From: an uncultured bacterium
GTDB lineage: Bacteria; Babelota; Babeliae; Babelales; Babelaceae
Length of the DNA stretch: 64,000 bases
Assembly: GCA_963848965.1 (NCBI GenBank)
Contig: CAWKFG010000001.1
Location: forward strand, 1 to 64,000
Direction of reading: 5' to 3'
Position numbers and translations under genes: made by a program. Shown one piece after another: positions 61,035-64,000 of the stretch; position 1 is the stretch's first letter; every line of letters starts with the position of its first letter. Under the pieces are notes generated by a model. That model did not search any database. It saw nothing but the letters and a program-made list of their open reading frames with translations, and was not told the origin of the DNA.

Positions 61035-64000
61035 TCGATTACTTGAGCGTTTTCGTGAATATATAAGTGCAACTCAATTTAACGCTTTTAGAATTGGCCT
61101 TGCTTCACCAGAAAAGATACGATCACTTTCGTATGGCGAAGTAAAGAAAATTGAAACAATAAATTATCGCACCTTAAAACCTGAGCGCGATGGTCTTTTT
61201 TGTGCTCGTATTTTTGGTCCTGTAAAGGATTGGGAATGTAATTGTGGTAAATATAAGCGGATGAAACACCGTGGTATCACATGCGAAAAATGTGGCGTAG
61301 AAGTTATTCAAGCTCGCGTTCGTCGTGAGCGTATGGGACACATTGAGCTTGTAGCACCAGTATGCCATATATGGTACTTAAAGGGTATTCCAAGCTATCT
61401 TGGTCTTATTATGGATATGTCCATTAAAGACCTTGAGCGGGTTATCTACTTTGATGCTTATTTGGTTATTCATCAAGGAAAATCACCGTATCCACGCAAA
61501 ACATTACTTTCCAAAAATGATTACGAGTACTATTTAGATAGTCATTCAGATGATTTAGAATTTGCAGCTGATACGGGTGCAGAAGCATTACGACAAGCAT
61601 TAAGTCTCGTAGACCTCAATGCTGAAATAAAGCAGCTTGAAGATGAATATGATAAAATTACCTCAGTTGCTGCAAAGCATAAACTTATGCGCCGTATTAA
61701 GGTATTTACCAATCTTATTCAAGGAAACTTGCGACCTGAATGGATGATTCTTACGGTATTACCAGTACTTCCTCCTGATTTGCGGCCATTAGTGCCGCTT
61801 GAAGGTGGTCGGTTTGCAAGCTCTGATTTGAACGAGCTGTATAGGCGTGTACTAAATAGAAACATTCGTTTACAAAGACTTATTGAAATTGAAGCACCTT
61901 CAGTTATTATAGAAAACGAAAAGCGTATGCTCCAGGATTCTGTAGATGCTTTAATTGATAATGGGCGTCGAGGACAAGCAGTACGAGGACCTAATAGAAG
62001 AGCATTAAAATCACTGAGCGAAATATTGCGAGGTAAGCAAGGGCGCTTTAGGCAAAATCTTCTTGGTAAACGTGTAGACTATTCAGGACGATCTGTTATT
62101 GTTGTTGATCCTGAATTACGAATGGATCAATGTGGACTTCCTAAAGTTATGGCACTTGAGCTCTTTAAGTCTCATGTCTTTGCACGACTATTAGAGCGTG
62201 AAGCTGCACCTAATTTGCGTGTTGCACGTCGTATGGTCGAAGAAGGTGTGCCAGAAGTGTGGGACGCGCTTGAAGAAGTAGTGCACGGTTATCCAGTATT
62301 ACTCAATCGTGCGCCAACATTGCACCGCCTTGGTATACAGGCTTTCTATCCAATTTTAGTAGATGGAAAAGCTATTAAAATTCATCCACTTGTCTGTTCT
62401 GCTTATAACGCAGACTTTGACGGTGACCAGATGGCAGTACACGTTCCGTTAAGTACACAAGCGCAAGTAGAATGTAAAAATCTTATTCTTTCAGTAAAGA
62501 ATATTCTTTCAGCAGCTAATGGACGACCGGTAACAGTTCCGTCTCAGGACATGGTTCTTGGACTTCACTATATGACCAAAGGTCGTCAGAATGTTGCAGG
62601 TGAAGGTATCATATTTAGTACGACACGTGAAGTTGTTTCTGCATACCAGTTTGGTAAAGTAGGACTTCATGCACGTATTAAAGTGCGTTTACATGATGGT
62701 AAAATTGTTGAAACGACAGCAGGACGGGTTATCCTCTTTGAAGCATTCCCTGATGGATCTGAATTTAATTGGGTAAACAAGGTTCTTACTCGTAGTGATC
62801 TTACTAAGCTTGTAGAACGTATTTATTCACGCTTTGGCAGTGAAGCTACTGTAAAATGCTTAGATAAGATTAAAAAGCTTGGCTTCTTTAACTCTACAAT
62901 GGCAGGGATCTCTTTTGGTATAACCGATTTGGTGATACCGCCACAAAAAGATGTTATTCTTGATAAAGTAGAAAAAGATGTTGAGAAAGTAGAACAGCTG
63001 TATATGGATGGCGTTATAACCAATGGTGAGCGCTATAATAAAGTTATTAGCTCTTGGTTTAATGCAACAGCAGATATTGCTTCTCAGGTAAATAAAACGT
63101 TGGAGAAAATGGATAAAGAGGCTTTCTTTAATGAAGACAAGTCTCATAGACCGTTTAACCCTATCTTTATGATGTTAGAGTCAGGAGCACGTGGTTCTAA
63201 AGAGCAGATTCGCCAGCTTGTTGGTATACGTGGTCTTATGGCAAAACCATCAGGTGAGATTATGGAAACTCCTGTAAAAAGCAACTTTAAGCAAGGGTTA
63301 AGTGTATTTGAATACTTTATTTCTACGCACGGTGCTCGTAAAGGGCAGGCAGATACTGCACTTAAAACTGCAAACTCAGGGTATTTCACACGTCGTCTTG
63401 TAGACGTTGCACAAGATGTTGTCATTAGCATGATTGACTGTAAGACTCTTGGGTATACTGAGATTGAAGAGCTTAAGGAAGGAGCAGATGTTTTAGCTCC
63501 ACTTGCTCAACGAGTATATGGACGTATTCTTGCTGCTGATGTAAAGGATCCAATTACAGGGCGTGTTATATTAAAGCAAGGAGATCCTGTATTGCGTGAG
63601 GACCTTGATGCGATTAATGATTCTGCTGTAGCTAAAATTGCTATTCGATCACCAATTGCATGTCAGGCAAAGCGTGGTATCTGTGCACAGTGCTATGGTT
63701 TTGATTTATCAAAAGGCGAGCTCGCTGATGTTGGTGCTACAGTAGGTATTATTGCAGCTCAATCAATTGGTGAACCTGGAACTCAGCTTACTATGAGAAC
63801 GTTCCACATAGGAGGTATTGCGAGTTTAACAGAGCAATCTTCTTATGTATCAAAGCTTGATGGTATCGTGCAATTACGTGGTGCTCGTATAGCAACTAAT
63901 AGAGAAGGTCAAACTATTGTGCTTAGTCGTAAAGCACGCATCGTGATGTTATCGTTTGATGGACGTGAATTACAGCGTCATGATTTAGAATATGGTACTA
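61027..64000 (+). CDS. rpoC: RNA polymerase beta' subunit (3'-partial)
   Basis: GTG start; [43 protein letters not shown] (~62407), [12 protein letters not shown]. Confidence 0.97.
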   Translation, partial: MSNRLLERFREYISATQFNAFRIGLASPEKIRSLSYGEVKKIETINYRTLKPERDGLFCARIFGPVKDWECNCGKYKRMKHRGITCEKCGVEVIQARVRRERMGHIELVAPVCHIWYLKGIPSYLGLIMDMSIKDLERVIYFDAYLVIHQGKSPYPRKTLLSKNDYEYYLDSHSDDLEFAADTGAEALRQALSLVDLNAEIKQLEDEYDKITSVAAKHKLMRRIKVFTNLIQGNLRPEWMILTVLPVLPPDLRPLVPLEGGRFASSDLNELYRRVLNRNIRLQRLIEIEAPSVIIENEKRMLQDSVDALIDNGRRGQAVRGPNRRALKSLSEILRGKQGRFRQNLLGKRVDYSGRSVIVVDPELRMDQCGLPKVMALELFKSHVFARLLEREAAPNLRVARRMVEEGVPEVWDALEEVVHGYPVLLNRAPTLHRLGIQAFYPILVDGKAIKIHPLVCSAYNADFDGDQMAVHVPLSTQAQVECKNLILSVKNILSAANGRPVTVPSQDMVLGLHYMTKGRQNVAGEGIIFSTTREVVSAYQFGKVGLHARIKVRLHDGKIVETTAGRVILFEAFPDGSEFNWVNKVLTRSDLTKLVERIYSRFGSEATVKCLDKIKKLGFFNSTMAGISFGITDLVIPPQKDVILDKVEKDVEKVEQLYMDGVITNGERYNKVISSWFNATADIASQVNKTLEKMDKEAFFNEDKSHRPFNPIFMMLESGARGSKEQIRQLVGIRGLMAKPSGEIMETPVKSNFKQGLSVFEYFISTHGARKGQADTALKTANSGYFTRRLVDVAQDVVISMIDCKTLGYTEIEELKEGADVLAPLAQRVYGRILAADVKDPITGRVILKQGDPVLREDLDAINDSAVAKIAIRSPIACQAKRGICAQCYGFDLSKGELADVGATVGIIAAQSIGEPGTQLTMRTFHIGGIASLTEQSSYVSKLDGIVQLRGARIATNREGQTIVLSRKARIVMLSFDGRELQRHDLEYGT

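Overview
The window appears to be a composite of several genomes. (i) 1 to ~8.46 kb is GC-rich: a NuoE/F + NuoG/FdhA-like redox module, a RidA/NTF2/FMN-reductase operon, an IS4 (IS231-like) element, a decayed ISKra4-like transposase and two RlaP/YcgL-type nucleotidyltransferases. (ii) ~8.46-10.45 kb is an intermediate-GC piece carrying a homoaconitase small-subunit end, lysX and the start of purL. (iii) ~10.45-64 kb is AT-rich and looks like a protist-associated intracellular bacterium, most consistent with Dependentiae/Babeliae (inference from gene content). Segment iii holds xfp-ackA, many signal-peptide proteins with ankyrin, WD40, MYND or J domains, three toxin-antitoxin loci, murA, a lone atpG, tsaE, and the tRNA-rpmG-secE-nusG-rplKAJL-rpoBC cluster. 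The most interesting signal is a shared N-terminal design in about 13 putative effectors: a Sec-type signal peptide whose predicted cleavage exposes a new Met, often followed by a bipartite NLS-like motif. Other highlights are a VapBC-like cassette flanked by 63-bp direct repeats and a Cys-rich insertion in RpoB. Scattered single-base frameshifts, even in rpoB, suggest uncorrected indel errors. All calls come from motif recognition by eye; no searches were run.
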